51,394 nt of DNA from Oscillospiraceae bacterium (GCA_017399785.1 JAFQAX010000037.1:1-51394); one strand, 5' to 3'. Shown: positions 8,206-19,033, numbered from the stretch's first letter. The notes: generated by a model from the letters alone, not told the origin. Numbers and translations are program-made.

Positions 8206-9430
8206 ATTCTTCCTCGTTATGATGCCCGCCCTCGAGGCCTATGTCACTGCCCAAAATTGCGCCGGTCGAGATCATTCCCCGACCGAATTTTCCGCGCAGC
8301 GAATCTATCGCCGTTTCAAGATTTTTCTTTTTCTCACGGTCTATCGGCTGTTCGCCGAAAAAAGATACCTGCTCGGCTGCCTGACCCTCTTCTACAAGGT
8401 TTGCCGCCGTCACCGTCAGCATTCTTATCGGAGAGCTGCCGTTATAGGATGCGTACAACAGCTGCATAGCACCCTCTGCCAGTTCGCTTGCCAGCGCGGT
8501 GGGATTTGCAAGCGGCTTTTGGCGGGAGACCACCTTAAATTCGGTGTCCTTTATCTGCAGCTGGATGGTGCAGGCGCAAAGCCCATATTTTCTAAGTCTT
8601 GTGGCGACCTCATCGGCAAGAGCGAATATGCCTATTTTGGCGTCCTCATAGCTTGTCAGGTCGCGGGAAAAGGTCATGCCGTTGCCGACCGATTTTATCT
8701 CTCTCGGCTCGTCATAGCGGCGCACCTCGCTTGAGTCCAGTCCGTTTGCGTATTCATAAAGGGTGCTTCCAAGCTTGCCCAGCCGCTGCGTCAGCCTTTT
8801 GGGCTCGGCGGCGGCAAGATCGCCTATAGTTTTGATAAACAGCGAATCTAATTCCCGCTCTGCCGATTTGCCGACATACAACAGCGCCGACACCGGCAGC
8901 GGCCAGACTATCTGCTTCCAGTTGTCTTTATCTATCACGGTGGTGGCGTCGGGTTTTTTATAATCCGATCCCAGCTTTGCGAACACCTTGTTGAAGGATA
9001 CCCCCACCGATATGGTAAGTCCCGTTTGTTCCCGCACTTCTCTTCGCAGGCTGTCGGCGATCTCCTTACCGCTTCCGAAAAGCCGCCTTGAGCCGGTCAC
9101 ATCCAGCCACGATTCGTCAATTCCAAACGGCTCTACCTGATCGGTATAGCGGCAGTATATCTCGTTTACCCGCTTTGAATAGCGGCGGTATTCGTCGTGA
9201 TGCGGCTTTACCAGCACCAGATCGGGACATTTTCGCTGCGCCTTCCAAACCGTTTCGGCGGTGACGATGCCATATTTTTTAGCGAGCTCATTTTTCGCCA
9301 GAATTATACCGTGTCGGCTTTTGGGATCACCGCACACCGCCATCGGAACGGTGGAAAGCTCGGGATCAAGCACTGATTCGACCGAGGCGTAAAAGCCGTT
9401 GCAGTCGCAGTGAAGTATCGTTCTTTCCAA
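8204..9430 (-). CDS. dinB: DNA polymerase IV (Y family)
   Basis: ILHCDCNGFYASVE, VEPFGIDESWLDVTGS, SVGVSFNKVFAKLGSDYKKPD and a little-finger domain. Confidence 0.93.
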   Translation of the reverse strand: MERTILHCDCNGFYASVESVLDPELSTVPMAVCGDPKSRHGIILAKNELAKKYGIVTAETVWKAQRKCPDLVLVKPHHDEYRRYSKRVNEIYCRYTDQVEPFGIDESWLDVTGSRRLFGSGKEIADSLRREVREQTGLTISVGVSFNKVFAKLGSDYKKPDATTVIDKDNWKQIVWPLPVSALLYVGKSAERELDSLFIKTIGDLAAAEPKRLTQRLGKLGSTLYEYANGLDSSEVRRYDEPREIKSVGNGMTFSRDLTSYEDAKIGIFALADEVATRLRKYGLCACTIQLQIKDTEFKVVSRQKPLANPTALASELAEGAMQLLYASYNGSSPIRMLTVTAANLVEEGQAAEQVSFFGEQPIDREKKKNLETAIDSLRGKFGRGMISTGAILGSDIGLEGGHHNEEE

Positions 9431-9456
9431 AGCTTTTTCGCCTCCTTTTCAACATG

Positions 9457-9486
9457 ATTTTACCACATCCGGCCGCCCTGCTTCAA
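9457..9486 (-). promoter_or_regulatory. Sigma-A promoter of dinB
   Basis: TTGAAG-N18-TAAAAT with a TG extension. Confidence 0.55.
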
Positions 9487-9519
9487 CCGATTTAAAAATT
9501 GTAAAATTTTATATCAAAG

Positions 9520-9548
9520 ATGACAAACCGATTTTAAAAGCGTATAAT
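9520..9548 (+). promoter_or_regulatory. Sigma-A promoter of the MBL nuclease gene
   Basis: ATGACA-N17-TATAAT. Confidence 0.6.
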
Positions 9549-9605
9549 TATTTCAGACACTAAACTGCCACAATGTGTCGGTATTTATATAAGGAGGCAT
9601 GCAAA

Positions 9606-11210
9606 ATGAAAATCACCTTTTTAGGCGCAACCCACGAAGTAACAGGCAGCTGTTTTTATGTTGAAGCCTGCGGCAAAAAATTTATTGTCGACTGCGGTAT
9701 GGAACAGGGCAAAGATATGTTTGTCAATAAGCCGCTTCCCATTGCGGCGGGCGAATTGGATTTTGCATTGCTTACCCACGCCCACATCGACCACTCGGGA
9801 ATGCTGCCCAAGCTCTATAAAGAGGGCTTTAAGGGCGCCATCCACTCCACCGAAGCAACCGCTGATCTCTGCGGCATAATGCTGCGCGATTCGGCACACA
9901 TTCAGGAGTTTGAAGCCGAATGGCGCAACCGCAAGGCAAAGCGCTCGGGCGGTGCGGAATTTATCCCCGTCTATACCATGCTGGACGCCGAAGCTGCCAT
10001 CGCTTCCTTTGTGGGACATCCCTACGGCCAGAAAGCTGCCGTATGCGACGGCATTGAGATAAGATTTACCGATGTCGGCCACCTTATCGGTTCTGCCTCT
10101 ATCGAGGTTTGGCTCACCGAAGAGGGCGTCACCAAAAAGATAGTATTCTCGGGCGATATCGGCAACCTCAAGCAGCCGCTTATTCGTGATCCGCAGTACA
10201 TAACCGAAGCCGATTACGTCGTTATGGAATCTACCTACGGCGACCGCAGCCACGGAGAAAAAATCCCCGATTATGTCGCTTCGCTCACCGATATTCTCCA
10301 GCGCACCTTTGACCGCGGCGGCAACGTCGTCATTCCCTCCTTTGCGGTTGGCCGCACTCAGGAAATGCTCTATTTCATCCGTGAAATAAAGCAGAAAAAG
10401 CTGATCAAGGGTCACGACAACTTCTCGGTATATGTCGACAGCCCTCTTGCTATCGAAGCGACCAAGGTGTTCCACGAAAACTGGCAGGATTGCTATGACG
10501 AGGAAACGCTGGCAATCGTTAAACAGGGCATAAATCCCATCAGCTTTGAAGGACTTAAAACCTCCGTTACTTCCGACGACTCCAAGATGATAAACTTTGA
10601 CAACACCCCCAAGGTCATCATCTCGGCTTCCGGCATGTGCGATGCGGGCAGAATCCGCCACCACTTAAAGCATAACCTGTGGCGTGCCGAAAGCACCGTG
10701 CTGTTCGTCGGATATCAGTCGGAAGGCTCGCTCGGACGCTCAATTATCGACGGCGCCGAAAGCGTCAAGCTGTTCGGTGAACCTATCGAAGTTAAGGCCG
10801 AGATCGCCCAGCTTGCAGGCAAGAGCGGTCACGCCGATGTAAACGGACTTAACAAATGGATCGACAGCTTTGACCCCAAGCCCGCCCATGTATTTGTGGT
10901 ACACGGCGACCACGACAGCTGCGAAGCCTTTACCGCATCGCTTAATGGACGCGGTTATTCGGCATCCGCCCCTTATTCGGGCAGCGTTTATGATCTTGCC
11001 AACACCTCCTGCATCGAAAAAGCCGAACCTATCGCCATCGTCAAGAAGGATCATGCCGCCCGCCGTGCCGATGAGATATTCAACCGCCTTATGGCCTGCG
11101 GCAAGCGCCTTATCAGCGTGATCGAAGCCAACAAGGGCGGCCCCAACAAAGATCTCGCCCGCTTCGCTTCGCAGATAGAGTCGCTTTGCGACAAATGGGA
11201 TAAACAATAA
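9606..11210 (+). CDS. MBL-fold beta-CASP ribonuclease (Ysh1/CPSF73-like, RNA specificity domain)
   Basis: FLGATHEVTGS, LTHAHIDHSG, GHLIGSA, FSGDIG, MESTYGDR, FAVGRTQE, SGHAD and VVHG. ATG at 9606 after AAGGAGG. Confidence 0.92.
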   Translation: MKITFLGATHEVTGSCFYVEACGKKFIVDCGMEQGKDMFVNKPLPIAAGELDFALLTHAHIDHSGMLPKLYKEGFKGAIHSTEATADLCGIMLRDSAHIQEFEAEWRNRKAKRSGGAEFIPVYTMLDAEAAIASFVGHPYGQKAAVCDGIEIRFTDVGHLIGSASIEVWLTEEGVTKKIVFSGDIGNLKQPLIRDPQYITEADYVVMESTYGDRSHGEKIPDYVASLTDILQRTFDRGGNVVIPSFAVGRTQEMLYFIREIKQKKLIKGHDNFSVYVDSPLAIEATKVFHENWQDCYDEETLAIVKQGINPISFEGLKTSVTSDDSKMINFDNTPKVIISASGMCDAGRIRHHLKHNLWRAESTVLFVGYQSEGSLGRSIIDGAESVKLFGEPIEVKAEIAQLAGKSGHADVNGLNKWIDSFDPKPAHVFVVHGDHDSCEAFTASLNGRGYSASAPYSGSVYDLANTSCIEKAEPIAIVKKDHAARRADEIFNRLMACGKRLISVIEANKGGPNKDLARFASQIESLCDKWDKQ

Positions 11211-11238
11211 ACCGCCATCGGCAAAAGGAGTTTTACCG

Positions 11239-12093
11239 TTGAACAAGCGTGCCGCCGAGCTGCTTTTGGCAGGCGTTATCATCGCGCGCAGTACCTCGCT
11301 GCTCTTTACCAAATCGGGGCTTTCCACCATTGGCGTTTTTAACCTGCTTGGAGTCCGCTTTTGTCTTGCCTTTCTGATACTCTGCCTTATCTTTTTCAAA
11401 AAAATAATCCGCACCACCAAAAAGGATTTTCTCAGCGGACTTGCATTGGGCGCCATCTATACTGTCGTTATGATTGCCGAAACCTTTGCGGTTCGTGAGA
11501 CCACCACCTCAAACGTTTCCTTTCTGGAGAATACCGCCATCGTCATCGTGCCGATAGCCGAGGCGCTGCTCATCAAAAAGCTGCCCTCGGCAAAGCAGCT
11601 TTTTCCCGCCGCCATAACGCTTATCGGCGTCGGATTTATGACGCTGCGCGGCGCAATGGGATTCGGTTTCGGCGAGCTGCTTTGTATGGTGACGGCACTC
11701 ACCTACGCCTGCGCCATAATTATGACCGACCGCCTTTCCCGCCGCTGCGACCCACTCCTTGCGGGAATTTTTCAGGTATGCTTTATGGGCGTGTTCACCG
11801 TTATCGCCACCTTTATCTTTGAAACACCCCGAATGCCCAACAGTTCCACCGAATGGGGCATCATTTTGATGCTGGCGCTGGTCTGCTCCTGCTTTGGATT
11901 CACCCTTCAGCCGGTGGCGCAAAAATATGTTCCCTCAACAAGAGCGTCGCAGTTCTGCGCTCTCAATCCCCTTACCGCTACTATCTTAAGCGTGCTCGTC
12001 ATGAAAGAGCCGCTGGGATTGGGCGGAGCGATCGGTGCGGCGCTTATCCTCATTGGAATTTTGATGCAGACAAAGGTAAGCCAAAAAGCATAA
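11239..12093 (+). CDS. DMT/EamA family transporter
   Basis: About 10 hydrophobic segments with internal duplication; RFCLAF, GELL and LNPLTATILS..EPLG motifs. Confidence 0.88.
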   Translation: MNKRAAELLLAGVIIARSTSLLFTKSGLSTIGVFNLLGVRFCLAFLILCLIFFKKIIRTTKKDFLSGLALGAIYTVVMIAETFAVRETTTSNVSFLENTAIVIVPIAEALLIKKLPSAKQLFPAAITLIGVGFMTLRGAMGFGFGELLCMVTALTYACAIIMTDRLSRRCDPLLAGIFQVCFMGVFTVIATFIFETPRMPNSSTEWGIILMLALVCSCFGFTLQPVAQKYVPSTRASQFCALNPLTATILSVLVMKEPLGLGGAIGAALILIGILMQTKVSQKA

Positions 12094-12135
12094 ATTTAAA
12101 AGCCGCTCCGATTATCTGGGGCATCGTAAAACAGT

Positions 12136-12182
12136 CAACCCGACCTGTGACTATCATCACCGGTCGGGTTGTTGTGTTTTTA
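12136..12182 (+). terminator. Probable terminator after the DMT gene
   Basis: Stem CAACCCGACC/GGTCGGGTTG followed by TTGTGTTTTT. Confidence 0.55.
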
Positions 12183-12194
12183 GCAATGCGTGAG

Positions 12195-12253
12195 AAGGCT
12201 CCCTCTCCGCCGCGCCAAGAGCCGAGCTTCGCTCGGTTGCTCTTTTTATACGC
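12195..12253 (+). repeat. Dispersed repeat family A (truncated copy)
   Basis: GGCTCCCTCTCCGCCGCGCCAAGAGCCGAGCTTCGCTCGGTTGC is near-identical to copies at 41048 and 51301. Confidence 0.85.
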
Positions 12254-12286
12254 AAAAACTCCCCCGTGATTTCACGGGGGAGTTTT
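12254..12286 (-). terminator. Terminator of the ribosomal protein superoperon
   Basis: Perfect stem AAAACTCCCCCGTGA/TCACGGGGGAGTTTT just past the rplQ stop. Confidence 0.85.
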
Positions 12287-12304
12287 GTCTTAAAAAGAAA
12301 TGTA

Positions 12305-12646
12305 TCAGATGAGCTCGATGATAGCCATCTCAGCTGCGTCGCCGCGGCGGGGGCCGGTGCGGATGATGCGGCAGTAACCGCCGTTCTTATCCTGATACTT
12401 GGGAGCGATCTCGTCGATTACCTTCTTAGCTACGGTCTCCTTGGTGATGAAGGAGAATACCTGGCGCTTAGAATGAAGATCGCCGCGCTTTGCGGTAGTG
12501 ATTATCTTCTCCGCGGAGGCTCTAACCTCCTTGGCACGGGTAACAGTAGTCTCGATGCGGCCGTTCTCCATGAGATAGGTCACCATCGCGCGCAGCATAG
12601 CCATACGATGATCGCTGGCTCTGCCGAGCTTTCTAGATCCTGCCAT
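12305..12646 (-). CDS. rplQ: 50S ribosomal protein L17
   Basis: [38 protein letters not shown]. Confidence 0.98.
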   Translation of the reverse strand: MAGSRKLGRASDHRMAMLRAMVTYLMENGRIETTVTRAKEVRASAEKIITTAKRGDLHSKRQVFSFITKETVAKKVIDEIAPKYQDKNGGYCRIIRTGPRRGDAAEMAIIELI

Positions 12647-12696
12647 AGTTTATTCACTCCTTACTATAAGGTTGTAAGTTTCTTAATGAAGAAAAC

Positions 12697-13653
12697 TTAG
12701 TCTTCTTCCCTGCTCAGGTCAAAGCCCAGCGACTGAAGCTTGGCAATGACTTCTTCAAGCGACTTCTTTCCGAGGTTTCTGACCTTCATCATTTCCTCGG
12801 GGGACTTGTTTACCAGGTCGCCAACGGTATTTACGCCTGCACGCTTAAGGCAGTTAAATGCTCTTACCGACAGGTCAAGCTCTTCAATTGTCATCTCAAG
12901 TGCCTTGGCTGCACCGGTGTCTTCCTTCTTTTCAAGGATCTCGGTGGAGAAGGTCTCATCAGAGAGGTCCACAAAGTGGTTGAGCTGTCTATTGAGGATC
13001 TTAGCCGCCAGACTGATAGCTTCCTTAGCGGAAATGGTACCGTCTGTCCACACCTCAACGGTGAGTTTGTCATAGTCGGTTATCTGCTCTACGCGGGTAT
13101 TTTCAACTACGTAGTTAACCTTAAGAACGGGCGTATAAATGCTGTCTACAGCGATGGTTCCGATAGGAGCCTTTTCAAGCTCGTTAGCTTTGTTGCGCTC
13201 TGCCGGAACATAGCCCTGACCCTTCTGAAGGGTGATCTCCATGCTGAGTCTGCCGCCCTCGCCAACGGTGGCGATGTGCATATCGGGATCAAGGATCTCT
13301 ACTTCAGAATCGCAGATGATGCTGCCGGCGGTAACTTCGCACTCGCCCTCAGCCTCGATACGTACGGTCTTGGGTCCTTCGCAGTAAAGCTTGGCGTTAA
13401 GTCCCTTGATGTTGAGGATGATTTCGGTTACATCCTCTTTAACGCCCTCGATGGTGGAAAATTCGTGCTGAATTCCGTCGATCTTAACGGAGATTACAGC
13501 TACGCCGGGAAGCGAGGAGAGCAGAACTCTTCTCAGGCTGTTGCCCAGCGTGATACCAAAACCGCGGTCAAGCGGCTCTGCGATAAACTTGCCGTAACGG
13601 CCGTTTTCAGAAAGCTGCGCGGTTTCAACCTTGGGCTCTATAATTTTAACCAT
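12697..13653 (-). CDS. rpoA: RNA polymerase alpha subunit
   Basis: [25 protein letters not shown] and alpha-[24 protein letters not shown] at 13653 after GGAGG. Confidence 0.98.
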   Translation of the reverse strand: MVKIIEPKVETAQLSENGRYGKFIAEPLDRGFGITLGNSLRRVLLSSLPGVAVISVKIDGIQHEFSTIEGVKEDVTEIILNIKGLNAKLYCEGPKTVRIEAEGECEVTAGSIICDSEVEILDPDMHIATVGEGGRLSMEITLQKGQGYVPAERNKANELEKAPIGTIAVDSIYTPVLKVNYVVENTRVEQITDYDKLTVEVWTDGTISAKEAISLAAKILNRQLNHFVDLSDETFSTEILEKKEDTGAAKALEMTIEELDLSVRAFNCLKRAGVNTVGDLVNKSPEEMMKVRNLGKKSLEEVIAKLQSLGFDLSREED

Positions 13654-13726
13654 AATATAACCCTCCAATCAAGCGGCCAATATCAGGCCGCTGCGCGTAG
13701 TTCCCTTGCTGATTGACAAAATGGAA

Positions 13727-14353
13727 TTACTTGGAGTAAAGCTCGACGATGAGGTGCTCTTCTACGTCGAGGTCGATCTCCTCGCGCTTGGGCAGCTCAA
13801 CGATCTTGCCGGTGAGGTTTGCGCGGTCAAGGTCAAGCCACTTGGGAGTGGGACGGGAAGCAAAGGTCTCAACAACAGCCTTGATCTTGTCGTTGGAACG
13901 GCTCTTCTCGGTAACAGCAACAACGTCGCCTGCACGGAGAAGGATGGAAGGAATGTTAGCCTTGTGACCGTTTACGGAGAAATGACCGTGACGGACGAGC
14001 TGACGAGCTTCCTTTCTGGAAGCAGCAAAGCCGAGGCGGTAAACAACGTTGTCCAGTCTGGATTCGAGGATCTGGAGCAGGTTTTCGCCGGTGATGCCGC
14101 TCTTAGCAGCAGCCTTTTCAAAATAAGCTGCGAACTGGCTCTCGAGAACGCCATAGTAACGCTTAGCGGTCTGCTTAGCGCGCAGCTGAGTAGCATACTC
14201 AGAGGTCTTCTTTCTGCCCTTGCCGTGCTGGCCGGGGAGAGACTCTCTTCTGGTGAGAGCGCACTTTTCGCTGTAGCATCTCTCGCCCTTGAGGAACAGC
14301 TTCTTGCCCTCGCGGCGGCAGAGTCTGCAGTTAGCTTCAGTATATCTAGCCAT
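13727..14353 (-). CDS. rpsD: 30S ribosomal protein S4 (Cys-containing form)
   Basis: [39 protein letters not shown]. Confidence 0.98.
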   Translation of the reverse strand: MARYTEANCRLCRREGKKLFLKGERCYSEKCALTRRESLPGQHGKGRKKTSEYATQLRAKQTAKRYYGVLESQFAAYFEKAAAKSGITGENLLQILESRLDNVVYRLGFAASRKEARQLVRHGHFSVNGHKANIPSILLRAGDVVAVTEKSRSNDKIKAVVETFASRPTPKWLDLDRANLTGKIVELPKREEIDLDVEEHLIVELYSK

Positions 14354-14381
14354 TTTAAATTACACCTCCTGATTTATCGGA

Positions 14382-14780
14382 TTATACGCGTCTTCTCTTG
14401 GGAGGACGGCAGCCGTTATGAGGAATAGGAGTAACATCCTTGATCATGGTAACCTCAAGGCCTGCTCCCTGAAGTGCACGGATTGCAGCTTCACGACCGG
14501 AACCGGGGCCCTTTACATAAACCTCAACGGTCTTAAGGCCGTGCTCCATAGCTGCCTTTGCAGCGGTCTCTGCAGCAGTCTGAGCAGCAAAGGGGGTGGA
14601 TTTTCTGGAGCCACGGAAGCCCAGGCCACCTGCGGATGCCCAAGAAAGAGCATTACCCTGAGTGTCAGTGATGGTTACGATAGTGTTGTTAAAGGTGGAC
14701 TGGATGTGTGCAGCACCACGCTCGATGTTTTTACGCTCGCGACGACGAGTACGGGTCGCAGCAGTCTTCTGCTTAGCCAT
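14382..14780 (-). CDS. rpsK: 30S ribosomal protein S11
   Basis: [33 protein letters not shown]. Confidence 0.98.
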   Translation of the reverse strand: MAKQKTAATRTRRRERKNIERGAAHIQSTFNNTIVTITDTQGNALSWASAGGLGFRGSRKSTPFAAQTAAETAAKAAMEHGLKTVEVYVKGPGSGREAAIRALQGAGLEVTMIKDVTPIPHNGCRPPKRRRV

Positions 14781-14796
14781 CTAAATTGTCCCTCCC

Positions 14797-15165
14797 TTAT
14801 TTCTTCTTGTTAGCAATGGTCTTCTTGGGACCCTTGCGAGTACGGGCGTTGGTCTTGGAACGCTGTCCGCGAACCGGCAGGCCCTTTCTGTGACGAATGC
14901 CGCGGTAGCATCCGATTTCAACAAGACGCTTGATATCAAGCTGTACGCGGGAGCGAAGGTCGCCTTCTACCACAACATTCTTGTCAATATATTCTCTGAG
15001 AGCCGCTTCATCGGCCTCGGTGAGGTCCTTTACGCGGGTGTCGGGGTTGATTCCGGTAGCCTTGAGGATGTCGTTGGCGGTCTTACGGCCGATGCCGTAG
15101 ATATAGGTCAGACCGATTTCAACGCGCTTCTCACGAGGCATGTCAATACCAGCTATACGAGCCAT
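14797..15165 (-). CDS. rpsM: 30S ribosomal protein S13
   Basis: [26 protein letters not shown]. Confidence 0.98.
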   Translation of the reverse strand: MARIAGIDMPREKRVEIGLTYIYGIGRKTANDILKATGINPDTRVKDLTEADEAALREYIDKNVVVEGDLRSRVQLDIKRLVEIGCYRGIRHRKGLPVRGQRSKTNARTRKGPKKTIANKKK

Positions 15166-15197
15166 TCTTTGTTACACCTCCATGTTTTCGGTTGGCG

Positions 15198-15311
15198 TTA
15201 GCCCTGGCGCTGCTTGTGCTTGGGGTTCTCGCAGATGACCATGATGCGGCCCTTGCGCTTGATAACCTTGCACTTCTCGCACATAGGCTTAACGGAAGGT
15301 CTTACTTTCAT
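15198..15311 (-). CDS. rpmJ: 50S ribosomal protein L36 (absent from the supplied ORF track because of its size)
   Basis: Manual translation gives [37 protein letters not shown], 37 aa, with GGAGG RBS. Confidence 0.97.
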   Translation of the reverse strand: MKVRPSVKPMCEKCKVIKRKGRIMVICENPKHKQRQG

Positions 15312-15402
15312 TGAAAATACCTCCATTCATGCAATGCGGACTTCTGATTCTTAATTTCCGGTCCGCTTATCCGCTGTCGGCGGTCCGGCATATTGATATA
15401 TC

Positions 15403-15621
15403 TTATTTGGATCTCCAGGTAATTCTGCCTTTGGTCAGGTCGTAAGGAGAAATCTCCATAGTGACCTTGTCGCCGGGAAGGATACGGATGAAGTTCATTC
15501 TAAGCTTGCCCGAAATGTGTGCAAGCAGTTTGTGACCGCCCTGTATCTCAACGACGAACTGTGCATTGGGAAGAGCTTCTCTAACGATGCCTTCCACTTC
15601 AATTACATCATCTTTTGCCAA
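15403..15621 (-). CDS. infA: Translation initiation factor IF-1
   Basis: [46 protein letters not shown] start preferred from RBS spacing. Confidence 0.97.
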   Translation of the reverse strand: MAKDDVIEVEGIVREALPNAQFVVEIQGGHKLLAHISGKLRMNFIRILPGDKVTMEISPYDLTKGRITWRSK

Positions 15622-15623
15622 GG

Positions 15624-15878
15624 TCATTTCCCTCCTTTGTCGCAGTCCGAACTAAATGACTTTAATGCGGACCTGATCTTTCGGTTGGTCTTAAGGCTCT
15701 CATCACTAAGTGCGATGTCGGTAAAGATAAGATGCTTTGCCTTTTTGCGCTTGGGTCTTTCAAGCGGTCTGGTTTTGCCGTCCACTATGGTGGCATATCC
15801 ATCGATAAGCTCGGTGGCGGCAAACCATTTTCCACTGTCGCGGCCCGCTATGCTTTTGACCACTGTATTTGGTTTCAT
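15624..15878 (-). CDS. KOW-domain RNA-binding protein (L14e-like)
   Basis: [10 protein letters not shown] and [19 protein letters not shown]; conserved position between map and infA. Confidence 0.88.
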   Translation of the reverse strand: MKPNTVVKSIAGRDSGKWFAATELIDGYATIVDGKTRPLERPKRKKAKHLIFTDIALSDESLKTNRKIRSALKSFSSDCDKGGK

Positions 15879-15888
15879 GATGGGCACC

Positions 15889-16641
15889 TTATTTCAGCTC
15901 GGTCAGAATTACCGGACCGTTCTGAGTTATTGCCACAGTGTGCTCGAAATGGGCGGACATTTTACCGTCGCGGGTTTTTACCGTCCATCCGTCGCCCAGC
16001 ACCTTTATCGGCCATCCGCCGGCGTTGATCATCGGCTCGATAGCCAACACCATTCCGGCAGCAAGTCGGATGCCTCTTCCCGCAGTTCCGTAGTTGGGAA
16101 CCTCGGGAGCCTCATGCAGGTCGCGGCCGACGCCGTGACCGACATATTCGCGAACCACCGAAAGTCCCATCGGCTCTACGGTGCTCTGCACCGCATAGGA
16201 GATGTCTCCCAGTCGATTTCCGACTACCGCCTGAGCGATAGCGTTTTCCAGCGACTTTTTGGTGCCGTCAAGCAGCTTCTGGGTTTCGGCATCTATCTTT
16301 CCGCAGGGAAAGGTGTATGCCGAATCGCCGTGATAGCCGTTTATCTTGGCGCCTACATCGATGCTTACGATGTCGCCTTCCTGCAGCACCCTGTTTCCGG
16401 GGATGCCGTGGATAACTTCGTCGTTGACCGATATGCAGGCCGAAGCAGGAAAACCGCCGTATCCCAAAAAGGAAGGGACAGCTCCGTGGCTTACGATATA
16501 GTCGTGGATGATCTTGTCGATCTCTTTGGTGGTCACGCCCGGCTTTACAGCGGCGCCTCCGGCATGGAGGGCAGCCGCCGTAATAGCTCCGGCTTTCTGC
16601 ATCAACTGCAGTTCATTTTTGGTTTTAAGGATAACCATCAT
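15889..16641 (-). CDS. map: Type I methionine aminopeptidase
   Basis: CISVNDEVIHGIP, DIVSIDVG, HGDSA, GHGVG, AIEPMIN, SAHFEHT. Confidence 0.97.
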   Translation of the reverse strand: MMVILKTKNELQLMQKAGAITAAALHAGGAAVKPGVTTKEIDKIIHDYIVSHGAVPSFLGYGGFPASACISVNDEVIHGIPGNRVLQEGDIVSIDVGAKINGYHGDSAYTFPCGKIDAETQKLLDGTKKSLENAIAQAVVGNRLGDISYAVQSTVEPMGLSVVREYVGHGVGRDLHEAPEVPNYGTAGRGIRLAAGMVLAIEPMINAGGWPIKVLGDGWTVKTRDGKMSAHFEHTVAITQNGPVILTELK

Positions 16642-17276
16642 TAGTGTAACCTCAGCGCAGCAAGGATATCTTTTCGAACCTTGTGTACTTCCTGTGCGGA
16701 GTTAACCTCTACGACAACTCCGCGGCTGCGATAAAAATCGATGACCGGTTCGGTCTGTTCGTGATATATCGCTAAACGGTTGAGTACAGTCTCGGGAGCG
16801 TCATCCTCACGGATGATAAGCTCGCCGCCGCACCTGTCACAGATTCCCTCAACCTTGGGGGGGTGGTGCGTTACGTGGAAGGTTGCTCCGCATTTGGAGC
16901 AAGTGCGTCTTCCACCCATGCGTTTAATGATTTCCTCGTCGCTGATTTTAAGGTAAAGCACCTCGCTGACAGCTCCCACAAGCTGTTCAAGCATCTCTGC
17001 CTGAACAACGGTGCGGGGAAATCCGTCGAGTACAAAGCCGTTTGCGCAGTCGGGCTGTTTAAGTCTTTCCGCAACGATCTTTACGACCTCTTCGTCGGGG
17101 ATAAGTCCGCCGTTGGCGGTGTATTCCTTAAATCTCTTTCCGGTTTCAGAGCCGCTCTTTATGGTATCGCGGATTATCTGTCCGGTACCGATAATAGGGG
17201 CCTTTACAAATTCGGCAATAGCCTCACCATGGGTGCCTTTTCCGGCACCGGGTGCTCCGAGCAGTATCATTTTCAC
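16641..17276 (-). CDS. adk: Adenylate kinase with zinc-binding LID
   Basis: LLGAPGAGKGT, GFVLDGFPRT, CSKC..CDRC LID. Confidence 0.96.
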   Translation of the reverse strand: MKMILLGAPGAGKGTHGEAIAEFVKAPIIGTGQIIRDTIKSGSETGKRFKEYTANGGLIPDEEVVKIVAERLKQPDCANGFVLDGFPRTVVQAEMLEQLVGAVSEVLYLKISDEEIIKRMGGRRTCSKCGATFHVTHHPPKVEGICDRCGGELIIREDDAPETVLNRLAIYHEQTEPVIDFYRSRGVVVEVNSAQEVHKVRKDILAALRLH

Positions 17277-17295
17277 GACAATGTCGCCTCCGATC

Positions 17296-18591
17296 TTATT
17301 CGAGGAAGCCCTTGTAGTGACGCATCATCATCTGGCTTTCAAGCTGACGAACGGTATCGAGCGCAACACCTACAAGGATTATTACAGAGGTGCCGCCGAG
17401 AGAGATATTCATCTGGGTCAGCGCGCCTACTCCGATAGGCAGGGTAGCGATAATGCTCAGGAAGATGCCGCCGAGGAAGGTGGTCTTGCCGACGATCTTA
17501 GCGATATAGTCGGAAGTGGGCTTGCCGGGACGGATTCCGGGAACGCCGCCGCTGTTCTTACGGAGGTTGTTGGAGATCTCAATGGGATTGTACTGGATGG
17601 AAACGTAGAAATAGTTGAACGCCATGATCAGTACAAAGTAGAGAAGTGCGTACCAAACAGTGTTGTAGTTGAAGATCGCCATCATCTTATAAAGGAAAGA
17701 GTCAGGGGATGCACCAACGAAACCGCTGATGGTGGTGGGGATGGAAAGTATGGTGGAAGCGAAGATTACGGGAAGAACGCCGGACATATTTACCTTGATG
17801 GGAAGGTGAGTAGACTGGCCGCCGTACTGCTTTCTGCCAACTATTCTCTTTGCGTACTGAACGGGGATGCGGCGCTCTGCCTGAGTCATAACGATGATGA
17901 ACACGATGACTGCAAGGAAGAGTACGCAAACTACCGGTACAGAGAAGAAGTAGATGGTAGCGCCTGCCATTGCATACTTGATGTACTCTACCATGGTGTT
18001 TACTACGGCGCCGCCGCGGGAAACGATACCGATGAAGAGTATCATGGAAATACCGTTGCCAATGCCCTTTTCGTCGATTCTCTCACCCAGGAACATGATA
18101 AGCATGGCGCCTGCGGTGAAGCAGAGAACGATTACCAGACGGGCAAAGTAGTACTGCCAACCTTCGTACTGAAGGATAGCACGCTGATTGTTCAGCAGCA
18201 TCATATAGCCGAAGGACTGGAGCAGTGCCAGTGCAAGGGTGGTGTAGCGGGTGATTCTCTTGATCTTGCGCTGTCCTTCCTCGCCTTCCTTAGCCAGATT
18301 CTCAAGATAGGGGATTGCTATGGTGAGAAGCTGGATTACGATCGAAGCAGTGATCGCGGGGGAGATAGAGAGAGCGAACAGGGTGCTCTGGGAGAACGCG
18401 CCGCCGGTCAGGACATCCAGGTAACCGAAGATGCCGCCTGCTGCGCTAACCATTGCGCCGAGAGCAAGAGGGTTAAGAAAAGGAACGGGGATCTGGGAGC
18501 CGATTCGGGTGAGAGCGAGGATGAACAGGGTGTAGAGCATCTTCTTGCGAAGGTCCTCTATTTTCCATGCGTTTCTCAGGGTCTCAAGCAT
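17296..18591 (-). CDS. secY: Preprotein translocase SecY
   Basis: GERIDEKGIGNGISMI, ERRIPVQYAKR, PGIRPGKPT, LGGTSVIILVGVALDT. Confidence 0.98.
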   Translation of the reverse strand: MLETLRNAWKIEDLRKKMLYTLFILALTRIGSQIPVPFLNPLALGAMVSAAGGIFGYLDVLTGGAFSQSTLFALSISPAITASIVIQLLTIAIPYLENLAKEGEEGQRKIKRITRYTTLALALLQSFGYMMLLNNQRAILQYEGWQYYFARLVIVLCFTAGAMLIMFLGERIDEKGIGNGISMILFIGIVSRGGAVVNTMVEYIKYAMAGATIYFFSVPVVCVLFLAVIVFIIVMTQAERRIPVQYAKRIVGRKQYGGQSTHLPIKVNMSGVLPVIFASTILSIPTTISGFVGASPDSFLYKMMAIFNYNTVWYALLYFVLIMAFNYFYVSIQYNPIEISNNLRKNSGGVPGIRPGKPTSDYIAKIVGKTTFLGGIFLSIIATLPIGVGALTQMNISLGGTSVIILVGVALDTVRQLESQMMMRHYKGFLE

Positions 18592-18592
18592 G

Positions 18593-19033
18593 TTACTTCA
18601 CCTCGGCCTTTCCTCCGGCCGCCTCAATCTTTTCCTTTGCAGATTCAGAGAAAGCAACAGCAACAACGGTAAGCTTACGGTTGAGCTCGCCTCTGCCGAG
18701 GATCTTGATTCCGTCGCGGGTATTCTTGACGATGCCGGCCTTGGAAATAGCCTCAGCGTCTACTACCGCGCCGTCCTCAAAGCGATTGAGAACATCCACG
18801 TTGATGGCAACATATTCCTTGGCGAAAATGTTGTTGAAGCCTCTCTTGGGGATTCTTCTCTGGAGAGGCATCTGGCCGCCTTCAAAGCCGGGGCGAACGC
18901 CGCCGCCCGAACGAGCCTTCTGGCCCTTGTGGCCCTTGCCGGCAGTCTTGCCGTTGCCGGAGCCTGCGCCTCTGCCCTTACGGTATGCCTCCTTAACGGA
19001 GCCGGGAGCAGGAGATAACTCATGCAGTTTCAT
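18593..19033 (-). CDS. rplO: 50S ribosomal protein L15
   Basis: [36 protein letters not shown]. Confidence 0.98.
   Translation of the reverse strand: MKLHELSPAPGSVKEAYRKGRGAGSGNGKTAGKGHKGQKARSGGGVRPGFEGGQMPLQRRIPKRGFNNIFAKEYVAINVDVLNRFEDGAVVDAEAISKAGIVKNTRDGIKILGRGELNRKLTVVAVAFSESAKEKIEAAGGKAEVK

Noticed and set aside
8204-12093. dinB + MBL nuclease + DMT as a defence or mutagenesis island
   Set aside because: Composition resembles the flanks, there are no mobility genes, and these are common chromosomal families in Clostridia.
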